Positions 39,204 through 45,829 of a stretch of 56,714 nt of DNA are shown piece by piece (the stretch's first letter is position 1; each line of letters starts with the position of its first letter). The translations under genes were made by a program, and so were the position numbers. The DNA is taken from assembly GCA_020851595.1 (NCBI GenBank), contig JADZCK010000019.1:1-56714 (forward strand), in the 5' to 3' direction. The notes under the pieces were generated by a model. The model was not told the DNA's origin, did not search any database, and saw only the letters and a list, made by a program, of their open reading frames with translations. The DNA comes from Candidatus Nomurabacteria bacterium (GTDB taxonomy: Bacteria; Patescibacteriota; Minisyncoccia; Phycocordibacterales; UBA9973).

Positions 39204-39232
39204 ATTTAAAATAAGGCCTGGTAGCCAAGTGG
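39204..39232 (+). repeat. 29-bp direct repeat: ghost copy of the tRNA-Cys upstream flank plus its first 18 nt
   Basis: atttaaaataaggcctggtagccaagtgg is identical at 39204-39232 and 39307-39335. Confidence 0.9.
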
Positions 39233-39317
39233 CATGAGCGAAGCGAAATGAATTTAGCCAGAGCTCTGCCTAAAAGAAAGAAACCAAAGGCGATTGAGTT
39301 GTTTAAATTTAAAATAA

Positions 39318-39389
39318 GGCCTGGTAGCCAAGTGGTAAGGCAGAGATCTGCAAAATCTCTATGCGGCGGTTCAATTCCGCCCCAGGCCT
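39318..39389 (+). tRNA. tRNA-Cys: tRNA-Cys (GCA)
   Basis: Acceptor ggcctgg/ccaggcc, anticodon stem gagat/atctc with loop ctGCAaa, T arm ggcgg-ttcaatt-ccgcc. Confidence 0.88.
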
Positions 39390-39457
39390 CAAAAAATCAA
39401 CTTTGATTTTTTAAAAAATTAAATAATGTGCTAGAATGTTTTTGTTTTATGACGAGC

Positions 39458-39539
39458 GCCCGGATGGCGGAATTGGTATACGCGCACGACTTAAAATCGT
39501 GTCTCGCAAGGGATGTGGGTTCGACCCCCACTCCGGGCA
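39458..39539 (+). tRNA. tRNA-Leu: tRNA-Leu (TAA), type II
   Basis: Acceptor gcccgga/tccgggc, anticodon stem cacga/tcgtg with loop ctTAAaa, long variable arm, T arm gtggg-ttcgacc-cccac. Confidence 0.88.
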
Positions 39540-39559
39540 CACAACTTAATAAAAAATAT

Positions 39560-39582
39560 GCGCCCATAGCTGTTTTGGTAGA
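39560..39582 (+). repeat. degenerate ghost of the 5' part of tRNA-Lys
   Basis: gcgcccatagctgttttggtaga versus gcgtccatagctcagctggtaga (39635-39657), 18 of 23 identical. Confidence 0.6.
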
Positions 39583-39634
39583 TATACAGTTATAAAAAAT
39601 AATGTAAGATTATAGTTAAGTTTGGAAATTATAC

Positions 39635-39707
39635 GCGTCCATAGCTCAGCTGGTAGAGCAGATCCCTCTTAAGGATAAGGTCGGAGGTTCGATCCCTCCT
39701 GGACGCA
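39635..39707 (+). tRNA. tRNA-Lys: tRNA-Lys (CTT)
   Basis: Acceptor gcgtcca/tggacgc, D arm gctc-agctggta-gagc, anticodon loop ctCTTaa, T arm ggagg-ttcgatc-cctcc. Confidence 0.88.
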
Positions 39708-39742
39708 CAGCGATCAGGAAAAAACTGATCAAAATTATTTAC

Positions 39743-39824
39743 GGGCGAGTGGCGGAATTGGTATACGCGCTAGTCTTAGGAACTAGTGGAGCAATCCTTG
39801 AGGGTTCGAGTCCCTCCTCGCCCA
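39743..39824 (+). tRNA. tRNA-Leu: tRNA-Leu (TAG), type II
   Basis: Acceptor gggcgag/ctcgccc, anticodon stem ctagt/actag with loop ctTAGga, T arm gaggg-ttcgagt-ccctc. Confidence 0.88.
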
Positions 39825-39919
39825 CAAAAATGAGAAGCATTTTTATAGTGAATCGAAAGCCGGAGCACGACGGTGCGAGGCGGGATCGCGAACTTTGCTA
39901 ATAGGCAAAGATTTGTGAC

Positions 39920-39938
39920 CGAGTCCCTCCTCGCCCAC
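39920..39938 (+). repeat. 19-bp direct repeat of the tRNA-Leu(TAG) 3' end (T-loop to discriminator): att-like scar
   Basis: cgagtccctcctcgcccac is identical at 39807-39825 and 39920-39938. The 94 bp between the copies contains a GC-rich stretch (agccggagcacgacggtgcgaggcgggatcgcg). Confidence 0.85.
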
Positions 39939-39941
39939 CCC

Positions 39942-39970
39942 TTGACTTTTATGTTGATAAGTGCTATACT
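39942..39970 (+). promoter_or_regulatory. sigma70-type promoter TTGACT-17-TATACT, 8 nt upstream of the ATG (near-leaderless)
   Basis: ttgact at 39942-39947, tatact at 39965-39970, ATG at 39979. Confidence 0.6.
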
Positions 39971-39978
39971 ATCAGCAT

Positions 39979-40791
39979 ATGAGTAAAACAAATAAAAAAT
40001 CAATAAATTACGGCTTGAAAATATTGACTATATTGGCTTTCGCCTTTATTTTTATACCCTTCGATAAAGCTGCTGCTACATTTGGTTATGGTACAAACGT
40101 ACCTTACGTTACCACTGATCATGCTGGCTATAATAGCCTCGGACAACCAAGAGAAGTAAACAACCCAGTCCCTTCTGTAAGCTCAATATACCCAAAATCA
40201 ACAAACAGATATTCAGGCGGAAAAACTGTTACTATTACTGGAGGTAATTTTGTTCCGACTTCTATCGCAAGATTAAATGGTTCAGATAGACCTACTACAT
40301 TTATAGATTATTCTCACCTATTAGTTCAATTATCTGCAAATGATATTTCTCGTAGTGAAGGATTCTTTATCACTGTTTACAATGGAGCACCTGGAGGTGG
40401 ATATTCCAACTCAGCTTTCTTCACTATAAACAACGTAGCTAATACACCGGCTAACACAAACAATAATGGGTATAATAATGGTTACGATAATAGCTATAAT
40501 TACAACAATACAAACAGTAACGGCTACAATAATAGCTCTTACACAAACAGCAATTACACCGACAATAATTACACTTCAAATACTTCAAGCCAAAATAGCA
40601 CAAATAGTGGTACTTCAAACAAATACAGCACCCTAACTTCTAATGCTATCTGGGGATCAAACACTTTCCTTCCTTCTGGATTGGTACAATGGATCTTGCT
40701 TGCGATAATAATTCTCGTAATTGTTATATTAACTAGAAAAATATTCGGCGGAGAAAAAGAATATCACGAATCTCCAATGAAACACGCTTAA
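39979..40791 (+). CDS. cell-surface protein: signal/anchor, IPT/TIG-like Ig domain, N/Y/S/T-rich stalk, C-terminal TM anchor
   Basis: PSVSSIYPKS...GGKTVTITGGNFVPTSIARLNG...LLVQL resembles IPT/TIG. This is followed by about 70 aa of N/Y/S/T low complexity and LVQWILLAIIILVIVILT. Start set at the ATG at 39979 (the track uses a GTG at 39961). Confidence 0.55.
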   Translation: MSKTNKKSINYGLKILTILAFAFIFIPFDKAAATFGYGTNVPYVTTDHAGYNSLGQPREVNNPVPSVSSIYPKSTNRYSGGKTVTITGGNFVPTSIARLNGSDRPTTFIDYSHLLVQLSANDISRSEGFFITVYNGAPGGGYSNSAFFTINNVANTPANTNNNGYNNGYDNSYNYNNTNSNGYNNSSYTNSNYTDNNYTSNTSSQNSTNSGTSNKYSTLTSNAIWGSNTFLPSGLVQWILLAIIILVIVILTRKIFGGEKEYHESPMKHA

Positions 40792-40815
40792 TAATTCCTT
40801 TAAAATAAAGGGAAA

Positions 40816-40857
40816 ATACCAAAAAGTCAGGCCCCAAAAGGCTTGACTTTTTGGTAT
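40816..40857 (+). terminator. hairpin terminator after the surface-protein gene
   Basis: ataccaaaaagtcaggcc / ggcttgactttttggtat, an 18-bp stem with one mismatch. Confidence 0.65.
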
Positions 40858-40871
40858 TTATGTGATACAAT
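40843..40871 (+). promoter_or_regulatory. sigma70-type promoter TTGACT-17-TGaTACAAT overlapping the terminator's 3' arm and facing the GC-rich cassette
   Basis: ttgact at 40843-40848, tg at 40863-40864, tacaat at 40866-40871. It shares the 10-mer cttgactttt with the promoter at 39941-39950. Confidence 0.5.
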
Positions 40872-40911
40872 TAAACCAAGAATAAGGTACTTTGAAAACT
40901 ACATAAACACA

Positions 40912-40967
40912 GATGGTTTGCTCATTAAGTAGCTGATTTTTATCGGCTTTTCAATGAGCAAACCATC
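40912..40967 (+). promoter_or_regulatory. 15-bp perfect inverted repeat (stem-loop) in the cassette leader
   Basis: gatggtttgctcatt (40912-40926) pairs with aatgagcaaaccatc (40953-40967), with a 26-nt loop. Confidence 0.6.
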
Positions 40968-41047
40968 ATTAAAGTTTTAAGTCAACTTTCTTTAAGCTCG
41001 CGCTTCGGCGCTTAACAGCGCCATTGGCGCAAAAAAAAGGAGACGAA

Positions 41048-41941
41048 ATGAACATCGACTTGACAGTAATCGAAAAAAAGGAAGAGGACTCCTCGACCAC
41101 CATCACCGCTACCGCGGTGGTGACGCCCGACCCGCCTCCGCCTACCCCAAAAGGGCAGGCTCGGAGAGTCACCCCGTTGACCGTGAAGTTCACCATCAAC
41201 GGAGCTCCAAAAGGAGTCTCCCCAGTCGACGCAAACGGTCACGCCAGTATCGAGCTGAAAAAGCTCGAAGCCGGCAAGACCTACACGATCACCGCCGAGG
41301 TTCTCGGAGCATCCGTCCCAACCTCGGCGACAGAGGCGATAACCATCGCCGCCCCGCCCACGAAAACGAAGGTCCCAACCGGGCCCTTCGGATGGGCAAT
41401 GATGGTGCTGTTCTGGGTCATTGTCTGGGTCGTTGGACCCGGATGGCTCACGATGTTATACCTAGGAATAACGATTGGAATACTCTTCCTCATCGCGAAA
41501 CTCCGGGGTACGACATTGGGCTCGGTTGTTGGCAACAACAACTGGGTGTTCTTCTCGGTGCTGGCGATGGCGGCCATCTCGGCTGTCATCGGACACTTCA
41601 ACCCGCTTCCCGCTCAGGGAGCAGTGAGTTGGCTGAAAAGTCTTTTCACAAACGCTCCGAGCGGGATCCATGGACACATTTTTTGGAGATTCTTCAACAA
41701 TGTGTTCTTCGGAAAGACGTTTACCGGTGGGTGGAGCCATGCGGCTCTGCTCTACCTCGTGTCTGTAATTCCAGCGTTCTTCATTTCGTTCTCGGACGAG
41801 ATCGGAGATCTCTGGAAGAACTTCAAGGGGAAACATCAAGGCAAGGCAACGAGTTTCCTGACCTTGATCCCGGAGTTCGGTCGCTTCCTGTTGAAAGACG
41901 GGGTGGCTGAGATCTTCTGGGCGTTCCTAAAGAGAAAGTAA
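41048..41941 (+). CDS. hypothetical membrane protein: N-terminal Ig-like beta domain with Pro-rich segments plus about 5 TM helices
   Basis: AAGGAG at 41037-41042 lies 5 nt from the ATG at 41048 (the track starts at a TTG at 41024). Strong G/C third-position bias in this frame. TVKFTINGAPKG...GKTYTITAEV is followed by hydrophobic helices. Confidence 0.7.
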   Translation: MNIDLTVIEKKEEDSSTTITATAVVTPDPPPPTPKGQARRVTPLTVKFTINGAPKGVSPVDANGHASIELKKLEAGKTYTITAEVLGASVPTSATEAITIAAPPTKTKVPTGPFGWAMMVLFWVIVWVVGPGWLTMLYLGITIGILFLIAKLRGTTLGSVVGNNNWVFFSVLAMAAISAVIGHFNPLPAQGAVSWLKSLFTNAPSGIHGHIFWRFFNNVFFGKTFTGGWSHAALLYLVSVIPAFFISFSDEIGDLWKNFKGKHQGKATSFLTLIPEFGRFLLKDGVAEIFWAFLKRK

Positions 41942-41951
41942 GGAGAAAGCC

Positions 41952-42365
41952 ATGAGTAAGAGCAAGATCTTTTCCGTTATCATGGTTCTCCTCCTCGTCA
42001 TCTTAACCGCTGGGTGCGGCAAGTCTCCCAAAAAGGAACTTGCCGAACTTAAGGCAAAGACCTCGGCCACAACCTCGGATGAAGCTAAGGTTGCTCTCGA
42101 AGAGGTTCGCGAGTTCGTCGAACGGCTCAAGCAAGAAGAAGAGCCCCCAGACGAACTCAAAGGAGCCATCGTACTTCAGAGCCAGCGAGCTTTGGAGTAC
42201 GGAACGCTTCTCGTCAAGGAGAAGGTTTCGGGTGGGGTCGAAACCCTACTTGAGATCTTCAAGTCAAACGGGGTTGACCCATCAACGATAACCGACCCCG
42301 AGACAAAAGCGTACCTAAAAGCCTATGATCCCTACTCAGGGGACAGGCTTGAAGGTTACAAATAA
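41952..42365 (+). CDS. hypothetical lipoprotein (137 aa, helical, acidic)
   Basis: AAGGAG at 41940-41945. Signal peptide with lipobox LTAG/C (VLLLVILTAGCGKSP). Confidence 0.7.
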   Translation: MSKSKIFSVIMVLLLVILTAGCGKSPKKELAELKAKTSATTSDEAKVALEEVREFVERLKQEEEPPDELKGAIVLQSQRALEYGTLLVKEKVSGGVETLLEIFKSNGVDPSTITDPETKAYLKAYDPYSGDRLEGYK

Positions 42366-42428
42366 AACATAAGAGCGAGAGGGCTTTCGCAAGAAATCTT
42401 CTCGCTTGATTCAAAAAAGGAAACTACG

Positions 42429-43370
42429 ATGGAACTCGGAATTTGGGTGCTCGTCACCCTCGTGCTCTGGTTCACCCTCGACATCCCGCTGATCTATTGT
42501 TTGGCCATCGTGGCCATAGCGTGGATCATGATTAAGGGAGGTGGAATTGGCAACGCTTTCAACGGCATCAAAAACGCCGTCGGAGGAGTCGTTGATTTCA
42601 CCAAGCGCCTGATCATTTTCGTCCCGGTTTTCTTGGGGATGACTTTGATCATGACGTTGGCAAGTGGCATCTCCCCGCATAACGCAACCAGAAGGTTGCA
42701 AGTGTTGGGACCGATGCCATGGAACTGGCACTCCAATCCCGACATGCCCCTCGTCCTCTTCGTGTGCTTGATGTTCCTGGTTACCATGGCTTCCGTGAAG
42801 GTTGCATATGGTGACTGGAAGCTCGCACTCAAGATTTTCGGGGGGTCGGCTAGCATCTTGATCGTTATCCTATACCTTCCGAAGACTCGGGAAGCCATGG
42901 GGCCCACGACGCTCGCCGGACCAGACGGAGCTGACGAAAAGATCGCCAAGGAGGGCGTCGTCGCTCCGGTGGTTAAAGGAGCGGGAACGCTCCTCGCCGG
43001 ACAGCCCGACGACCTCAAAAAAAGGGGGTTGGTCGGTTCGTCCTATCATAGGGCGAAGGAGTACCTCTTCGGTGAAGAGCCTCCTCCCACCCCACCGCCG
43101 CCCGCCGCCCCACCGGTGGCGCCACCAACCCAAAAACAGGTGAGGAGGTTGTACCTCTTCACAGACAACGACACCATCGCGGTAAAAATCCACCTTGGAG
43201 AAGTGGACTTTTACCCCAAGGGTGGAGAGGTGTTGATCACCCCTCCGTCCCCCCTCAAGTCCTGGCTGGACAAGCCAGGGACGATAAATCCCCGGAGGGA
43301 ATTCCCTCCAGGAGTTTACACCGTAAAGAGGGTGGACCCCGGTGCCACTGGCATCGAGATCTGGAACTAG
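42429..43370 (+). CDS. hypothetical membrane protein: about 4-5 N-terminal TM helices, poly-Pro linker, 80-aa C-terminal beta domain
   Basis: AAGGA at 42417-42421. Linker EEPPPTPPPPAAPPVAPPTQ. GC3-rich frame. Confidence 0.7.
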   Translation: MELGIWVLVTLVLWFTLDIPLIYCLAIVAIAWIMIKGGGIGNAFNGIKNAVGGVVDFTKRLIIFVPVFLGMTLIMTLASGISPHNATRRLQVLGPMPWNWHSNPDMPLVLFVCLMFLVTMASVKVAYGDWKLALKIFGGSASILIVILYLPKTREAMGPTTLAGPDGADEKIAKEGVVAPVVKGAGTLLAGQPDDLKKRGLVGSSYHRAKEYLFGEEPPPTPPPPAAPPVAPPTQKQVRRLYLFTDNDTIAVKIHLGEVDFYPKGGEVLITPPSPLKSWLDKPGTINPRREFPPGVYTVKRVDPGATGIEIWN

Positions 43371-43432
43371 AGCAACTTGTTCTTCGGCCAGAAAGGAGTA
43401 TCGCGCCTGGCCAGCGCAAACATCAAACGCAA

Positions 43433-43464
43433 AGGGCGACTCGTTCACACGAGCCGCCCTTTTT
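43433..43464. terminator. GC-rich rho-independent terminator shared by the convergent cassette and pilin operon
   Basis: agggcgactcg (43433-43443) pairs with cgagccgccct (43450-43460), followed by tttt. Confidence 0.75.
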
Positions 43465-43483
43465 CAATTCTTTTTGTATTTTT

Positions 43484-43807
43484 CTACTTTGATAAATCTA
43501 CGCTACCATCTTGCAAGTTTATTTTAGACTTAGGAATATTTAGAGTACTTAGAACCATATTGAGTATAGTGAATACTCCCATCATTATCGTAAGCCCTAC
43601 AATACCCCAAATCATATGATCTCTACCGGTTATCTTGCTTTCTTCATTGTCTGCATTCGCAAAGAATTGATAGACCCCATAAAGGAAATAAACCAAAGCG
43701 AGAGCGAATAGCAATTCTATAAGTGGATTGATGATCTTATCACCAACATTAAAAATAAACGTATCCAGATCTGCTGCGTAGGCTATTTTTGTAGAAAAAA
43801 AATCCAT
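43484..43807 (-). CDS. TrbC/VirB2-like T4SS-type pilin paralog P1 (signal peptide apparently truncated)
   Basis: Two TM helices flank the NADNEESKITGRDHMIWGIVGL loop motif shared with P2-P4. Only 11 aa precede the AYA/A site. Confidence 0.55.
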   Translation of the reverse strand: MDFFSTKIAYAADLDTFIFNVGDKIINPLIELLFALALVYFLYGVYQFFANADNEESKITGRDHMIWGIVGLTIMMGVFTILNMVLSTLNIPKSKINLQDGSVDLSK

Positions 43808-43809
43808 TT

Positions 43810-44202
43810 TTATTGCGGAGGAATTTCAACAGTAGGGAAATCTGTCGTGGTAGCAGGAGTGTCTAAATTAAATGTTTTCAATACAACATTTACAAGCCCC
43901 CACATACCGATAATAACAGCTAAACCCACAATACCGTAGATCATTCTATCTCGGCCTTTTGACTTTGCTTCCTCGTCATCAGCGATTACAAAAGATACTA
44001 CCCCCCAAACAAAGAAAATAACTCCTAGCAATATTAATACAGGGATAACACTTTGTAGAAACTTACCAACAACACACAAGAAACCAAAAATCGTACCATT
44101 TGTACCAGTACTACATTCAGAAGTTACAGTAGACTGTGCTAATGCTACAAATGGAGCAAAGGTTAATACAGCACCTGACAAAACCATTAAATTCTTTTTC
44201 AT
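43810..44202 (-). CDS. TrbC/VirB2-like T4SS-type pilin paralog P2
   Basis: Signal peptide, Cys-x12-Cys loop, TM1, loop DDEEAKSKGRDRMIYGIVGL, TM2 (GMWGLVN). Confidence 0.6.
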   Translation of the reverse strand: MKKNLMVLSGAVLTFAPFVALAQSTVTSECSTGTNGTIFGFLCVVGKFLQSVIPVLILLGVIFFVWGVVSFVIADDEEAKSKGRDRMIYGIVGLAVIIGMWGLVNVVLKTFNLDTPATTTDFPTVEIPPQ

Positions 44203-44269
44203 TTTTTATTTAAACTAAAAAACGTTAATAATAAATCGCGACCTAATAATAAACTAATAATGTAACTTA

Positions 44270-44298
44270 ATTATACCTCCTAGCAAATTTCTAAGCAA
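44270..44298 (-). promoter_or_regulatory. internal promoter TTGCTT-17-TATAAT upstream of P2-P1
   Basis: The minus strand reads ttgctt agaaatttgctaggagg tataat (plus-strand aagcaa 44293-44298, attata 44270-44275). Confidence 0.5.
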
Positions 44299-44310
44299 AT
44301 CAAAATTTAT

Positions 44311-45000
44311 CTATGGGGCTTTCTTCGGAACCGTCGGGAGAAAATCAGTCGGTACTCCAAAGGTAGCACCAAGAATATTAACCAATCCCCACACAGAAAG
44401 CATTACAGCCAAAGACACAATACCCCAAATCATAAACTGTTTACCTTGTGTTCTTTTGGATTCATCATCAGCATTGATTATAAAGAAATTTACAGCTCCC
44501 CAGATAAACATAAGAGTAGCTAAAGCGAAAATCAAAGGAATAATAGTACCGTTGATGGTGCAAGTAATATAAGCTATGTATTTTTGGAAGGTTGACTCTT
44601 CCGCTCCTGGTGTAGGAGCTACACAAGAACCTTCGGTTACTATTGTGTTTAATTTAGGAGCTGTTAAATCACTAGAGTTAAAAAAGGTGCTTACAACTAT
44701 ATTCACAAGCCCCCACATACCGATAATAATAGCTAGGCCCACAATGCCGTATATTATCCTATCTCTTCCTTTATCCTTTGCTTCTTCGCTGTCATATATG
44801 ACGTACTGCACTACCCCCCAAACAAAATACAGGACCCCTAGAGAAATAAGTAACGGCAGAATAGAACTAAAGACATTATTTATGTTACAAACAAAACCAC
44901 TGAGTCCCTCATCTGGACAAGCAGCTGTAGCGGCAGAGGCTGTAAACGGCGAGAATCCTACTAAAAATAATATTGGAATAAACTTAAATATTTTTTTCAT
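44311..45000 (-). CDS. tandem double-domain T4SS-type pilin paralog P3
   Basis: There are two complete Cys-loop/TM/charged-loop/TM modules (DSEEAKDKGRDRIIYGIVGL and NADDESKRTQGKQFMIWGIVSL). Start set at the ATG at 45000 (MKKIFKF), 1 nt after the P4 stop. Confidence 0.6.
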   Translation of the reverse strand: MKKIFKFIPILFLVGFSPFTASAATAACPDEGLSGFVCNINNVFSSILPLLISLGVLYFVWGVVQYVIYDSEEAKDKGRDRIIYGIVGLAIIIGMWGLVNIVVSTFFNSSDLTAPKLNTIVTEGSCVAPTPGAEESTFQKYIAYITCTINGTIIPLIFALATLMFIWGAVNFFIINADDESKRTQGKQFMIWGIVSLAVMLSVWGLVNILGATFGVPTDFLPTVPKKAP

Positions 45001-45001
45001 A

Positions 45002-45406
45002 TTATGAAGGTAATAAATTTTTAATATCTGTACTAGATGGAGCTTTGTTTTGATTATCGTCATTCAAACCAAAAGTATTTTGTACTATGCGCACAAGTCC
45101 CCACATAGCTACGATAACAGTAAGCCCGATAATACCATATATTATACTATCCCTACCTTTTACTTTTGCCTCCTCGGTATCAGCGATAACATACTGAACT
45201 ACTCCCCAAACAAAGTAAATGACACCAAGTAGAATAATTATAGGAAGAACGTAATTCATAAGCTGTCCTATTCGGCAAAGAATACTTTGCAAACCGGAAA
45301 CAGCGCATGGATCTATAATAACCACAGCATAAGCCCTCGTACCAAATAAAAAAGAGAATAAAACTAATAAACTAATTTTATAAAACAATTTGAATATATT
45401 TTTCAT
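45002..45406 (-). CDS. TrbC/VirB2-like T4SS-type pilin paralog P4
   Basis: Signal peptide, CAVSGLQSILC loop, DTEEAKVKGRDSIIYGIIGL, AMWGLV. Confidence 0.6.
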   Translation of the reverse strand: MKNIFKLFYKISLLVLFSFLFGTRAYAVVIIDPCAVSGLQSILCRIGQLMNYVLPIIILLGVIYFVWGVVQYVIADTEEAKVKGRDSIIYGIIGLTVIVAMWGLVRIVQNTFGLNDDNQNKAPSSTDIKNLLPS

Positions 45407-45429
45407 ATTTTTTAAAAAAATAATTTTAA

Positions 45430-45810
45430 TTAACCAAGACTAGTAATAGTAGCCGATATCATCTCGGCTATAGCCCACGATCCTAATAAAATTGCAGAAC
45501 CTATCAAGGTATAAAGAAGTGCGTCTTTTGCTTTCCCTATCTCTTCAGGATTGCCTCTAGCAAAAACAAAAAGAAAACCGCAGTAAATAACAGCCAGAAC
45601 GATGAGAGGTATGCCGATTTTTATAACCCCCTCAAGCATGTTTTGTATGAACTCAGGAAGCGTGGTCTCTGTACCTAGTGGGTTACAAATTTTCCCTTTA
45701 CATGGATCTACAACCGTCCCTCCAGTGTCTGCAAGTAAAACGAAAACAGGAAGAAAAAAATAAGATAAACTTATAAATAATACGTACCATTTTTCTTTCA
45801 TTAATTTCAT
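45430..45810 (-). CDS. divergent T4SS-type pilin paralog P5
   Basis: Same topology: signal peptide, CKGKIC, TM1, charged loop GNPEEIGKAKD, TM2. Start set at the ATG at 45810 (MKLMKEKW). Confidence 0.5.
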   Translation of the reverse strand: MKLMKEKWYVLFISLSYFFLPVFVLLADTGGTVVDPCKGKICNPLGTETTLPEFIQNMLEGVIKIGIPLIVLAVIYCGFLFVFARGNPEEIGKAKDALLYTLIGSAILLGSWAIAEMISATITSLG

Positions 45811-45829
45811 AGAATGATTATAACTTATA

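Larger units (their letters stand above)
40995..43466. other. compositionally foreign GC-rich island (three-gene envelope cassette)
   Basis: There is an abrupt GC shift. Lines counted inside: 32/60, 28/60, 30/60, 33/60, 45/60. Flanks: 15/60 and 20/60. The island also has GC3-rich codons, SD sequences, and long shadow ORFs in several frames. Confidence 0.85.

Noticed and set aside
40430-40640. Repetitive aac/aat/tac-rich DNA that could be mistaken for a repeat array or a DGR variable region.
   Set aside because: It is in frame within the surface-protein ORF and encodes an N/Y/S/T low-complexity stalk. There is no regular repeat-spacer periodicity, no template-repeat copy elsewhere in the window and no reverse transcriptase.
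41281-43448. Long ORFs inside the GC island on the minus strand (41281-41601, 41462-41839, 42494-43018, 42870-43448) and in an alternative plus frame (41392-41910).
   Set aside because: High-GC DNA has few stop codons, so shadow ORFs are expected. These lack SDs and have Arg/Gly/Pro-rich junk-like composition. They overlap the three + strand ORFs, which show GC3 bias, SD plus ATG starts, TM helices and a lipobox.
40995-43466. The island as a complete integrative element or prophage.
   Set aside because: There is no integrase, excisionase, replication or structural phage gene, and I could not find flanking direct repeats at its exact edges. Only the tRNA scars 1 kb upstream hint at site-specific recombination.
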